Shown: in pieces, positions 55,009 to 64,000 of the stretch
Layout: the number at the start of each line of letters is the position of its first letter
Numbering within the stretch: position 1 is the stretch's first letter
From: Setoptus koraiensis
Lineage: Eukaryota > Animalia > Arthropoda
NCBI GenBank assembly: GCA_048013815.1
Contig: CM106586.1
Span: 8,866,001-8,930,000 of the forward strand
Reading direction: 5' to 3'
DNA length: 64,000 nt
Made by a program: the position numbers and the translations under genes
Notes under the pieces: generated by a model
Database searches by the model: none
Seen by the model: only the letters and a program-made list of their open reading frames with translations
What the model was told of the DNA's origin: nothing

Positions 55009-55683
55009 ATGAAAGTTTCCAATGTGCAAACTAGTTCCACAAGAAAATTGTATATCATATTAGAGAGAGCCAATTTGGAGATAGTCCGAAATTCCAATGA
55101 TCACAATGGAGAGGCAAAACACGAACTGCTTAACTGTGATGAGCACATGTTTCAGATCAGAAAGCTCAAAAAGGATCCAGCCTTCTGCAGACCAGATATC
55201 GTTCATCAATGTCTACAAGTTTTATCAGAATCGCCACTGAACAGAGCAGGTCTACTTCAGGTCTATGTAAAAAGTCAAAACAACCATCTCATTAGGATTG
55301 ATCCACAATTATCTATACCGCACTCGTTTAGTAGATTCACCAAGATTATTGTACATCTACTCGAGAAATTGAAGCCTGTGAGGGCGCAAGGATCTTCGAA
55401 ACAGCTCGCAAAACTTTTGAAAAATCCAGTTACATTGCACTTGCCCATAGGTTGTGCTATTTATGGGACATCGTCTAAATCTGAGAAATTGATCAGGCCG
55501 GAAAATCTGGTGCCCAAGGACAGGGAGGAATCAGTGGCTATTGTGATAGGTGCAATGGCCCACGAAAGTGTACAGCCAGATTACGTGAGTGAAACATTTT
55601 CAATAAGCAAGTACCCGTTATCGGCAGCGTTAGTTTGTGCGAAAATAACCAACGCCTTCGAAGAACTCTGGGAAGTACGATAG
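55009..55683 (+). CDS. EMG1: 18S rRNA pseudouridine N1-methyltransferase Nep1/EMG1 (SPOUT)
   Basis: ELLNCDEH, RPDIVHQCL, SPLNRAGLLQVY and SISKYPLSAALVCAKITNAFEELW. The first ATG is at 55009; the ORF track starts at an upstream TTG. Confidence 0.95.
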   Translation: MKVSNVQTSSTRKLYIILERANLEIVRNSNDHNGEAKHELLNCDEHMFQIRKLKKDPAFCRPDIVHQCLQVLSESPLNRAGLLQVYVKSQNNHLIRIDPQLSIPHSFSRFTKIIVHLLEKLKPVRAQGSSKQLAKLLKNPVTLHLPIGCAIYGTSSKSEKLIRPENLVPKDREESVAIVIGAMAHESVQPDYVSETFSISKYPLSAALVCAKITNAFEELWEVR

Positions 55684-55875
55684 ATACATACACAAATGTT
55701 CGCTTATTTTTCTGAACACCAACTCAGTGTTCTAATGCTGACGATTAAGAGTAAATTATCAACTCCAGGCACTAATATAACTTAACTAGTATAAGACCCG
55801 TCAGATTTGATTATATTGGAATCATTCTCTACTTGTTTATTTAATTTTCTTCTTCATATTTCTCTGGTGTTAAAA

Positions 55876-56064
55876 TCAGACTGTCTGTTTGGCCAGTTCA
55901 TTTTTCAATGATTGGCTGAAATCCTCATCTACATTGTCATCGTCCCAATTGTCTTCCCAGACTGGAAAATCCTCCTCTTGAGTTTTCCAATCTTCCGCTG
56001 GAAATTCTTCGAAATCGTCATCGAAATCATCAAGAACTGGTGATTTGCTTGTTGGTGCTGCCAT
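55876..56064 (-). CDS. SEM1: 26S proteasome subunit SEM1/DSS1
   Basis: [34 protein letters not shown]. Confidence 0.97.
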   Translation of the reverse strand: MAAPTSKSPVLDDFDDDFEEFPAEDWKTQEEDFPVWEDNWDDDNVDEDFSQSLKNELAKQTV

Positions 56065-56426
56065 ATTTGTGCAGGTAATTCAGGTGAAAAGACTGTCAAT
56101 TTATATAATAATATTTCACGTATTCCGGGTTGATTATTTAATAGATTTGTGGCACTGCTTTTATATTGAGGTGAACTGCTGATTTGTTTGTGTGTCTGTT
56201 TGAACCTAGATTTTCACAAGCGCTTGCGCTCTGCAAAAAGCCCTCTGGCGGCGCACACCGTAGACGCAAGGGCACACAAGGGTGCATTCAAATAATCAAT
56301 CTTGTTCAACTGCCACGGCAATATATTGTCATTACGTGCTGTATAAATTAATTGGTAATATCATCTAATCAGGACTATCTCCCGAAATTATTTGTCACCA
56401 TTACAAATACCCGTCACCTAAGCAAA

Positions 56427-56618
56427 ATGGCCTCAACTCTCAATAAACTATCATCGGTGTTGTACAAAAATGTCTTCAGAAGGTCATCCACTTTCGCCAT
56501 CCTTATTATTGGCTCGGCTATTTACGTGGACAGATTTGGGGACGTCTTCTCGGATTACGTCTTCGAGAAGATCAACGAGGGACGCCTATGGAAGGATGTT
56601 AGGAAGAGTATAAAATAA
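56427..56618 (+). CDS. UQCR10: Cytochrome b-c1 complex subunit 9 (QCR9/UQCR10)
   Basis: LYKNVFRRSSTFA...FEKINEGRLWKDV; 63 aa from the ATG at 56427. Confidence 0.93.
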   Translation: MASTLNKLSSVLYKNVFRRSSTFAILIIGSAIYVDRFGDVFSDYVFEKINEGRLWKDVRKSIK

Positions 56619-56806
56619 TTTTACCTAGTCTAGAACGAACATTGTGAAAATAACACAACTAGAACAATGCAAGCGAGCCTACCAAACTGAAATAAAGATC
56701 ACGCTATAGGCCCACTATTGGTTAAAATTAGTCTATAGATTGTGACTAACACTCAAGGCATACATTTAATTTATTCATCATCATGATGGCTAAGATGAGG
56801 TTGATT

Positions 56807-59341
56807 CTAGACATCCTCATCAACCTCAGTCACTTGAGACAACTCTGAAGAGTTTCGTATGAGCTTGAGTTGTTTTCCTATTTTGAGACAATCAAGCGCG
56901 AGATTCTTTAAAATTTGAGGTATATCGTCAACCTGGGGTAGCGTTAAGGCCAGTAATACTTCGAAAATTTTCGTGTCGAATATTTTCTCCGCAAGGGACT
57001 TATCGCTGCAATTCACAATGCTATGAACAATTACCATTCCTCTGTGAACAAAATCAACATCCTTGTTGGATAGTAACATCATGAAGGTCTCATACCAGTT
57101 TTTTGCTGTGAACACCTTTGAACAAGCCTTTGCAGAAATTTGACATAGCATCGCTAATGCACCGGACGCGGCCTTGGCAGTTTCGATATCTTCATCTTGA
57201 CTAAGTATAACTAAATATTTGACATTGTCGTTCTCTTTCTCATAGAGACTCACAACCTCTGGACTTCGAATGAGATTCACAACACATTGTGTTGAGGCCC
57301 TTTTGAGCTGTTCGTGCTCCTCAAACATGTATGACTGAATGAGACTATACCCATTATCTCTCAGAATATGTTGGCGTACATCCTCATTAGCCTGAGCTAA
57401 GTTGGTCAATGCCATAAGACCTTCAAAGTTTTGGAGAGCAGTGCATTTCGGGTCCAAAAGCTTCTTTAAGGGACGGATAACTGCAAGCATTTTTTGCCCT
57501 GGGTATACGAACTCTGGGTTGATCGTTATTCCCAGTCGCGCCAAGCCTTGACAAGCCAATATCTGTCCCTCGTCTGTGTTGTTTTCTTGGCTTAGATTTA
57601 GCAGGAGCTTTACACCACCTTGTTGTATGATAAGGCCTCTAGATTGTGCTTGTTCGCATAGAGCATTCAAGATTCGACTAAGAAGCTCTCTAGACTGTTT
57701 TGAGTCGATTTCGGACATAGGTACCAGTGCCGGCACCAGACCAGCTTGAACCAACTTCTCGCAACGCGAATCTATGTATTGCTTACTGTCCATCGGGTGC
57801 TCCTCAGGTATGTGCTGTTTTGCAAATTTGGCTAGCTCCTTCAATTCAGGAAGTTGTTCCTGCTTATCGTAACTGTTGGTTAAATTGACAAAGATTGATA
57901 ATACTGAAAATACGCTCGATTGAGTATTACCTAGTTTATCTGTGCCGATATCAAATAAAGCTTTCAAGGCCTCGTTATCATTAATAAGTTCCGTTTTAAC
58001 GTCACCATCTAGACTGAGGTATGCCAGAGCTTCTGTCGCCCAATGCTTGAGTTTGAACTCGGGTGTTGGTCTGACCAAGATTTTTCTACATTCGCGCGCG
58101 AAATCGATGTTAGCTTGGCGATCGAAAGGTCTGATGGACGAATCAGTGCCAGACACCGAGCTTATTTTAGATAATCCAACCAAGGCTCGCAACCTGATCT
58201 CTTCATTCTTGGATTCACTTAAGCTGAAGAGTATCTTCTCGCCTAACTTGGCCAAAGATTGACTCTTATCTTTTTTGGACGAAGCTACAATGATTGTATC
58301 GAGAGCTGTCCTCTGATGAACAAGTTCATCACTGTTTGCCATAGCTAGTATCATCTCTATCATTCCTGCCTGACCTATGCATGTGTTTCCGATGTCAGTT
58401 GGACCAGCTAATAGAGTGGAGAATATTTTCGTGGCACGAACCTTATCGTCGACATCAGCATTCCTCAAAAGTCTATCTATGAAAGCTTGAACTTTTTCTC
58501 TGTAAACTTCACGCGCTTTGTCGTGATCGTGACAATAGTAAATTTTGTCTAGGACAGCTGCCACAAGATTGTGAGTATTAGAGGTGATATCCATGCTGCT
58601 TTCGTTTCGTAGATCCTCTACCTCGGAGGCTATAGAGAGTAGATTTTCAAGACAGTTGTCGTTGACTAGATTCTGGCCAAAATTTAAAGCTTTATAATCT
58701 ATATTAGTCATGATGAGCTCAAGTATGCGATCTCTAACAATTGCAGATATGATATAAGAGGAGGATCGCTTCATTAGTCTTGTGAAGATTTCGAGGAGTA
58801 AGGTTTCGTTTTCTTTCACTGTGTGGTCATCTATTCTTTTCCTTTGTGCCGGTTGTGATATAGCCTCGGCCACACATTTTGTCCTGTCCTTGTCCAAGAC
58901 TTTATTCTTTTTTGAGGCCACCGCCGTGCCAGACAACGCATTGACAATAGTCTGAATGCAAAATTGAAAAGATGTCAACAAATCATCCTGGTTGCAATAG
59001 CTCACCACATCTATTAGATAGTCTATGGTGAATTCTTCTAGTAGTGCTCTGGATCGGGCAACCGAGTCTTTGCAGAGTTCGCTGAGAAGACGAAAACAGG
59101 CAACAATAGAATCCTTGTTGTTATCGTTTATTTGTTTTTTGGCCCCATCGAAATGGCTCTTGAGTATTGATTTGCATTTGGGATGATTGAACAATGCGTT
59201 GGGCGAGTCGTCTCTTGCCAATATTATCAAATTGTTGAGCGCTTTCTCTTTTTCGGTCCCCGATTCATCCTCCAGGCTGCATTTGTCAAGATATTCGATT
59301 ATCTTGTCCAACTTTGACGGATTATTGACAGGTTCGGCCAT
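56807..59341 (-). CDS. UNC45: Myosin chaperone UNC-45 (central + UCS domains, no TPR seen)
   Basis: KALNNLIILARD, WATEALAYLSL, ELKELAKFAKQHIPEEHP, RGLIIQQGGVKLL and LQNFEGLMALTNLA; 844 aa, intronless. Confidence 0.96.
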   Translation of the reverse strand: MAEPVNNPSKLDKIIEYLDKCSLEDESGTEKEKALNNLIILARDDSPNALFNHPKCKSILKSHFDGAKKQINDNNKDSIVACFRLLSELCKDSVARSRALLEEFTIDYLIDVVSYCNQDDLLTSFQFCIQTIVNALSGTAVASKKNKVLDKDRTKCVAEAISQPAQRKRIDDHTVKENETLLLEIFTRLMKRSSSYIISAIVRDRILELIMTNIDYKALNFGQNLVNDNCLENLLSIASEVEDLRNESSMDITSNTHNLVAAVLDKIYYCHDHDKAREVYREKVQAFIDRLLRNADVDDKVRATKIFSTLLAGPTDIGNTCIGQAGMIEMILAMANSDELVHQRTALDTIIVASSKKDKSQSLAKLGEKILFSLSESKNEEIRLRALVGLSKISSVSGTDSSIRPFDRQANIDFARECRKILVRPTPEFKLKHWATEALAYLSLDGDVKTELINDNEALKALFDIGTDKLGNTQSSVFSVLSIFVNLTNSYDKQEQLPELKELAKFAKQHIPEEHPMDSKQYIDSRCEKLVQAGLVPALVPMSEIDSKQSRELLSRILNALCEQAQSRGLIIQQGGVKLLLNLSQENNTDEGQILACQGLARLGITINPEFVYPGQKMLAVIRPLKKLLDPKCTALQNFEGLMALTNLAQANEDVRQHILRDNGYSLIQSYMFEEHEQLKRASTQCVVNLIRSPEVVSLYEKENDNVKYLVILSQDEDIETAKAASGALAMLCQISAKACSKVFTAKNWYETFMMLLSNKDVDFVHRGMVIVHSIVNCSDKSLAEKIFDTKIFEVLLALTLPQVDDIPQILKNLALDCLKIGKQLKLIRNSSELSQVTEVDEDV

Positions 59342-60000
59342 GTTTTTACTTGTTGATAATTGGTAAGTTGTGAAAGTTGATAAATTAAGTCGAGTGCAGA
59401 TTTAACAAAACAAAAAAACAATTGCACTCATGTTGCTAAATGGACGGCAACAACATCTGCTGGTACACGATTGAGTGCGCGAATAACGCATTGCTTTGAC
59501 ACACCCACGTACCCATCGTCCGCGCAGCGCCACACCTTATCCCGTTTTCTAGCTAGTCTCTGTAATTTTTCTCGATGTAATCTCCATTATGTAACACAAT
59601 TTGGGCGTACTATGGGATCTAGCTCAATGTTGAGATGCAAATGCTGTCGAAAAACTCGAAAGCACTAGGAAATTCTCGCTCAACATTCCTCAGGATGACG
59701 TAATCAGTGCATCTGGAAATAGGCCGGGCTTCGAACGAGGGCTTCAGTCGGGGGCTTCTCGCTTTCGAACCGTCGCGCCGGTCGACGCGCCAGCACCCGC
59801 TAGAGGGGGTCCGAGAATAACAATCAAATGCACGAACAAATGCAGTCGAAAAAAAAGTAGGCTTAGGTGAGCATCCAAAAACGAGCCACTTGTATTTAAG
59901 CAAATCATTCATTTATATGAATATCCGATCAATTGATCAACACGTTACCTACACTCACAATCAATCAACACTTTGGACATTTCTTTTCTAGAGCCGGTCA

Positions 60001-61170
60001 CTACAACTCATCCTTGATGGGCTCCTTGGGTTCGCTTTTAGCGGGCACCCTCATAGGTGGAACATCCTTGTTGTGTCTAGGATTCGTGTCGTCGTTGTTG
60101 TCTGCCAGCTCATCGCTTTGTCTGAACCAATACTCTGGCGGCAACAGAGACACGTATTGTTCGTATCTGTCCACTATTTCGAAGGCCGACAAATGTTGAT
60201 CGTCGTTCTGATCGCCAATTTCAATCATTCTGGCCGCCTCCAGTGAGAATTTGTCCTTTTTGCTTGGCACAAGCCAATTTTTAATCTCTTCCTTGTCCAG
60301 AACTCCATTTTTGTCCTTGTCCAGATATTGGCCAAAGTTTTCCTGTTGACTCGACAGCCACGATTTGTCTGACTTTTCCTCGTCGGTTGCCAACACTTGA
60401 ATGTGTTTCATAAATTCATCCAAGCTAATCTGTTTATTTTTGTCAGTATCCATATCTTCTGTGGCCTCAGTAATAAACAATTGTTGCAGCTCCTCATTGC
60501 CCTCATCCGGATGAAGGAGATACTTGAATTCGCTCTTGGTGAGCAGCGTGTCGGCACTCTCGTCTGCCAGTTTCCATCTTATCTCCGCTCGGCTGGCCAT
60601 AAGCTTCAATTGTTTTATGTGATCTGAATCGCCCTCCATCACAACGGTCTTGTTGTCTTTTAGATCAACCAATTCGGGATAAGTGGAATTGAAATAATAT
60701 TCCCATATTAGAACTTGTTGAGTCTCTGGCATGTATCCCTCCCAGCTGAACACCTCGTGCTCTTGTGGATTGTAAATCTTCCATTGTCTGTCAACATCGT
60801 GATCTAATGTTCTCGAATGCAATTCGCCCAGCCACAATCGCATCTCTTCCTCTGACACAAGTCCATTTGAGTCCTTGTCTATTTCCATTCTGATAAGATC
60901 CTTGAGTTCATTTTTGATATAAACAGGGTCGGCAGGATCGTGAGACGCAGGTCGCTGATCGGGGGTGTCCTCCTCATGTTGCTGTTGTGTTGCCGCTGAC
61001 GAACTGTCTCCCGACTGTTTTAATTGGCTTCTGGTTTTACTGCCGCCACTACCAGATGATGATTTGTCCTGATTGACATTACTATCACAATTGATTGGGT
61101 TCACAATAAATATTAGACAACAAATGTTGATTGTTACAGCCATATAGCGGAGCCATTTTTTGGAGGCCAT
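60001..61170 (-). CDS. CREC-family (reticulocalbin/calumenin-like) ER-luminal EF-hand protein
   Basis: Signal-peptide-like N-terminus, EF loops DKDSNGLVSEEE and DKDKNGVLDKEE, FKYLLHPDE motif, C-terminal KDEL. Confidence 0.9.
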   Translation of the reverse strand: MASKKWLRYMAVTINICCLIFIVNPINCDSNVNQDKSSSGSGGSKTRSQLKQSGDSSSAATQQQHEEDTPDQRPASHDPADPVYIKNELKDLIRMEIDKDSNGLVSEEEMRLWLGELHSRTLDHDVDRQWKIYNPQEHEVFSWEGYMPETQQVLIWEYYFNSTYPELVDLKDNKTVVMEGDSDHIKQLKLMASRAEIRWKLADESADTLLTKSEFKYLLHPDEGNEELQQLFITEATEDMDTDKNKQISLDEFMKHIQVLATDEEKSDKSWLSSQQENFGQYLDKDKNGVLDKEEIKNWLVPSKKDKFSLEAARMIEIGDQNDDQHLSAFEIVDRYEQYVSLLPPEYWFRQSDELADNNDDTNPRHNKDVPPMRVPAKSEPKEPIKDEL

Positions 61171-63157
61171 GTTGTCAGCAAATAATTTAATCTTAATTTT
61201 CGTTGTCTAATATTCGCAAATGTGCAGTACCGAAAGCCAAGAATTATCCGCCAGAATTAGCCAACAATCCGATATTTAGCCTGACCAGAAGACACACGCA
61301 GGTGAGCCACAGTGGTAGAGCCAAGAATAATTTACTAACCAACGGATAGATGTTTATATTGTGGCATGGTGTTAGTGGTGCACACATTTGATAACCACTA
61401 CCTTGTTAGTTATCTATTTGTATCTGTAGCCAGGATGGACTGTGTCCATGTTTAATGCTCTGTTTTTCAATGATGAATTCTTGTTTCGAGCGATTCCTCT
61501 TCTGGCTGCTTCATCAACCTTCAATACAACCTGTTATACTTTTGTTCAATACATGCCAGCCGTACGGCATACATGCCGTAGAGTAGATGGCAATTCTGTT
61601 TCGCCACAATGTTTTGCAGCAGCAGCAGTGGTTGCAGCAGCATCAACAAGCATCTATTGAAGCATGATTAGTCTCAGACAATCTCGTCTCTATCTCGTTT
61701 CGAGCCTTGTGTAAACCTGTTTTTGTACATTACGTAACTTGGCCATCTTTCTGCATGCCCTTCGAGGAATACAGACGCAAACAGTAGTATTTTAGGCAAC
61801 ACCGCTCTGGCTTCTACATCCATATTCCGAATCTCAATGCCAATGCGTGGCCACGCAATGGCATTGGCATGGGATGCAATGAGTGATACAATTAGAAATC
61901 AGTCACTCCTGTCCTGTCAAATAGAGAAAATTCATTGTTATTGTCAGCGATGTCAGCGAGCTACAGATTATCGCCACCGACAGTGTGACACACTATGTGA
62001 CAGTTCTTTCAATGAACTTCACTCGATGGGCACAATACAAACAAGCGAACAAAAGAAAATGTTGCTATCGAATGCTGCTAATTATCGCCGTCACATATCC
62101 AGAGTATTGTGTACAACGGTCGGATATTCTAGTGTTTCCACCTGTTACGGGATGGCGCCAGTTCTTTTTTGTCTTGTCGTGATTCGGGGGGCCGTAACCG
62201 TTATGTAAAGCATAGTCAAAGTGGCAATCATCACCTCCTCTCGATCATAGTTGGCTGCTGTCCGCCGCTACCCACTGCTATCCAATATCATCAACGGCTA
62301 TGTGCACATGGCAATGTATACATTGTATATAGGTATCAACTTTCAATCGCCAGCGTACCGTTATTTGGCTCACCTGGCGGCTCAACTAGAACAGTGATTG
62401 TTTTCTGCCCAACAGTGGCGCCAGTGAGCCAGCGAGGGGGGCGGCAAGCAATTGGATCGGTGGCCAGCGACAAGAGTAGCGTTAAATTACTGCCATTACT
62501 ACTAATGTAATTACCGAGCAGCCAGTGTAGTTAGTTAGTTTAGCCGAATTGCTTGGATAGCCGTTCAGTTTAACTAAGTTGCATTAGCATCAATGTTTAA
62601 TCAGCCATGTAAAAGTCGATGATAACCCACACTTGAGAGGAGAGAGAGGCGACCAACAAAGAGACAAAATTAAGCTATCCATTCAAACACTACAGCTACA
62701 AATAAACAACTGTATGTAAACAACAAAAACTAATTCAATGACTTGCTATTTCAATGACGCCCGCTACATAACCATTTGTCAACGATCGCATACAACTATT
62801 GTTGTTATTCAACTGACCAACTCACTTCTCTAGATGGTCGCCATTATGAGCACGAGAGTCAATTATGCCATTTATATTATCGCCAATTTTAAGTTAAGTA
62901 AGCGACTCAATGAATATTGTGCAATAAGTGATCTCACAATTGTCAATCAAAGTTAGATTGGCGACATAAAATTAATCAACAATTATGACACAACAACAAC
63001 ATCAACAACAACAACGGCAACAACAGCAACTTACAATAGAAGAAAGAGCGCAAAGTATCACACAATCAATCAATCAATACCAATCAACAATCAATTGATC
63101 ACTTATGATCAGATCATTCACAATACGGTGCTGAGATCAGAATCAAGTGAGCCAGAA

Positions 63158-63358
63158 ATGCTTCATCATTCGCCCATGCCTCACATGGGCCCGTATCCGT
63201 CGCCTCATTTGGGCGCCATATTACCAAAGAAGACTAAGAAGATTCTCGCCACCTATCATCAGAGTGCTAGTCAAATGAGAAACTTTGACTGTTATTACGA
63301 CGATCCTAAACTGCAAGCGCTGCGGAGCTCGTTCCAATCATGGAGATCAGTGTCTCTT
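63158..63358 (+). CDS. Probable first coding exon of an unidentified membrane protein (start uncertain)
   Basis: ORF from ATG 63158; donor CTT|gtgagt at 63359 joins in frame to the exon at 63465. Confidence 0.55.
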
Positions 63359-63464
63359 GTGAGTATAATCGTTGTGCCCATACTAACAATTTCGTCGTCA
63401 TCTTAATTGATTAATTACTAACTAATTATTATTCGCCAACAAACAAACAATTATCGCTCGTCAG

Positions 63465-63789
63465 GCTTGGTCATTTTTAGCTGTGATATTGTTAGCTTCA
63501 AAATGGTACGAGGTGAACATGGAGGTGGAATTGCTGACAAGTATAAACAAAAGTTGGCTCAATATGAGCAGCCTAATGGTGAATGTCAACACGAGCCAAG
63601 ATTCCTTAAATTCCAACAATGACAACACACCGCTAACTAATTCCGGCAATTTTACGAAACAACCCGATTCCATGGCCACCGTTGAGAATGACGACGAGCA
63701 GGCATCGTCGTCCGGCCAACAGATAAATTTAAGTGAGATGATAATAAACAAAAATGCAAATCTTAAAATCGACATCGATACATTTCTAG
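63465..63789 (+). CDS. Second exon of the same unidentified membrane protein; the gene likely continues beyond the window
   Basis: cag|GCTTGG acceptor, a 106-nt intron, hydrophobic SVSL-AWSFLAVILLA segment followed by five N-glycosylation sequons, donor CTAG|gtgagt at 63790. Confidence 0.6.
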
Positions 63790-64000
63790 GTGAGTCTCGC
63801 TAATCATCTACACTGCAGATTTTAAGGTATCTCCAATTTGCTATGGCCTCTATAGCTAGATGGTGATGATGGCACGCAAACAAAAATATTGATGAATTAA
63901 CTCGGCTCATTTATTTATTTATATCGTCTGTGTCCGGCAATCATTGCTGCATGATTAGTTGAATTCAAGAATGCCAGATCTACTCTCATGCTCAGTCTTA

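Noticed and set aside
56807-56835. UNC-45 C-terminus QVTEVDEDV as an EEVD-like TPR ligand
   Set aside because: TPR clamps need a terminal EEVD with Asp last; this ends in EDV, so the resemblance is superficial.
59745-59816. RNase MRP/RNase P conserved-region-like words (GAGAAGCCCCCGAC on -, GGGGGTCCGAGA on +)
   Set aside because: The complementary CR-V strand needed for the P4 helix is not found at a suitable distance.
59858-59867. taggcttagg as a telomerase-template-like sequence (TTAGGC)
   Set aside because: A 10-nt match is expected by chance, it is the nematode-type repeat, and it is immediately followed by T8 on the template strand.
63790-63860. Possible third exon DFKVSPICYGLYS after cag at 63818
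   Set aside because: It would need a 29-nt intron and ends in a stop after 13 codons.

Overview
Chimeric window. Positions 1-6584 are AT-rich, frameshift-riddled Bacteroidetes-type DNA: an ECF sigma factor, a FecR anti-sigma and a SusC/RagA TonB-dependent transporter, all on the + strand. A 500-N gap follows (6585-7084). Positions 7085-64000 are a compact animal genome; arthropod, probably a mite, is my inference from the arthropod-type CaMKI and the intronless housekeeping genes. This part holds Sec24A/B (+, 2 exons, 767 aa) and a 9-exon CaMKI (-, 11588-32886, 651 aa, with a 15.7-kb intron 2 and two microexons). About 20 kb of gene-free DNA lies upstream of CaMKI. After it comes a 6.7-kb block of six intronless genes (RPC9/CRCP, EMG1, SEM1, UQCR10, UNC-45, a CREC-family EF-hand protein) and the start of a spliced membrane-protein gene. 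The ~14-52 kb non-coding domain is saturated with microsatellites, short tandem duplications, GGGCCC motifs and perfect short inverted repeats, and almost all ORF-track entries there are spurious. The most notable observations are an animal UNC-45 with no TPR domain, a helically phased array of STAT-consensus sites in the CaMKI giant intron, the palindrome-rich architecture of that domain, an EMG1 with altered RNA/SAM-binding residues, and the bacterial block. That block looks more like an uncorrected long-read contaminant than a true horizontal transfer. I recognised no rRNA, tRNA, CRISPR array or intact transposon, and no complete novel system is demonstrable from the sequence alone.
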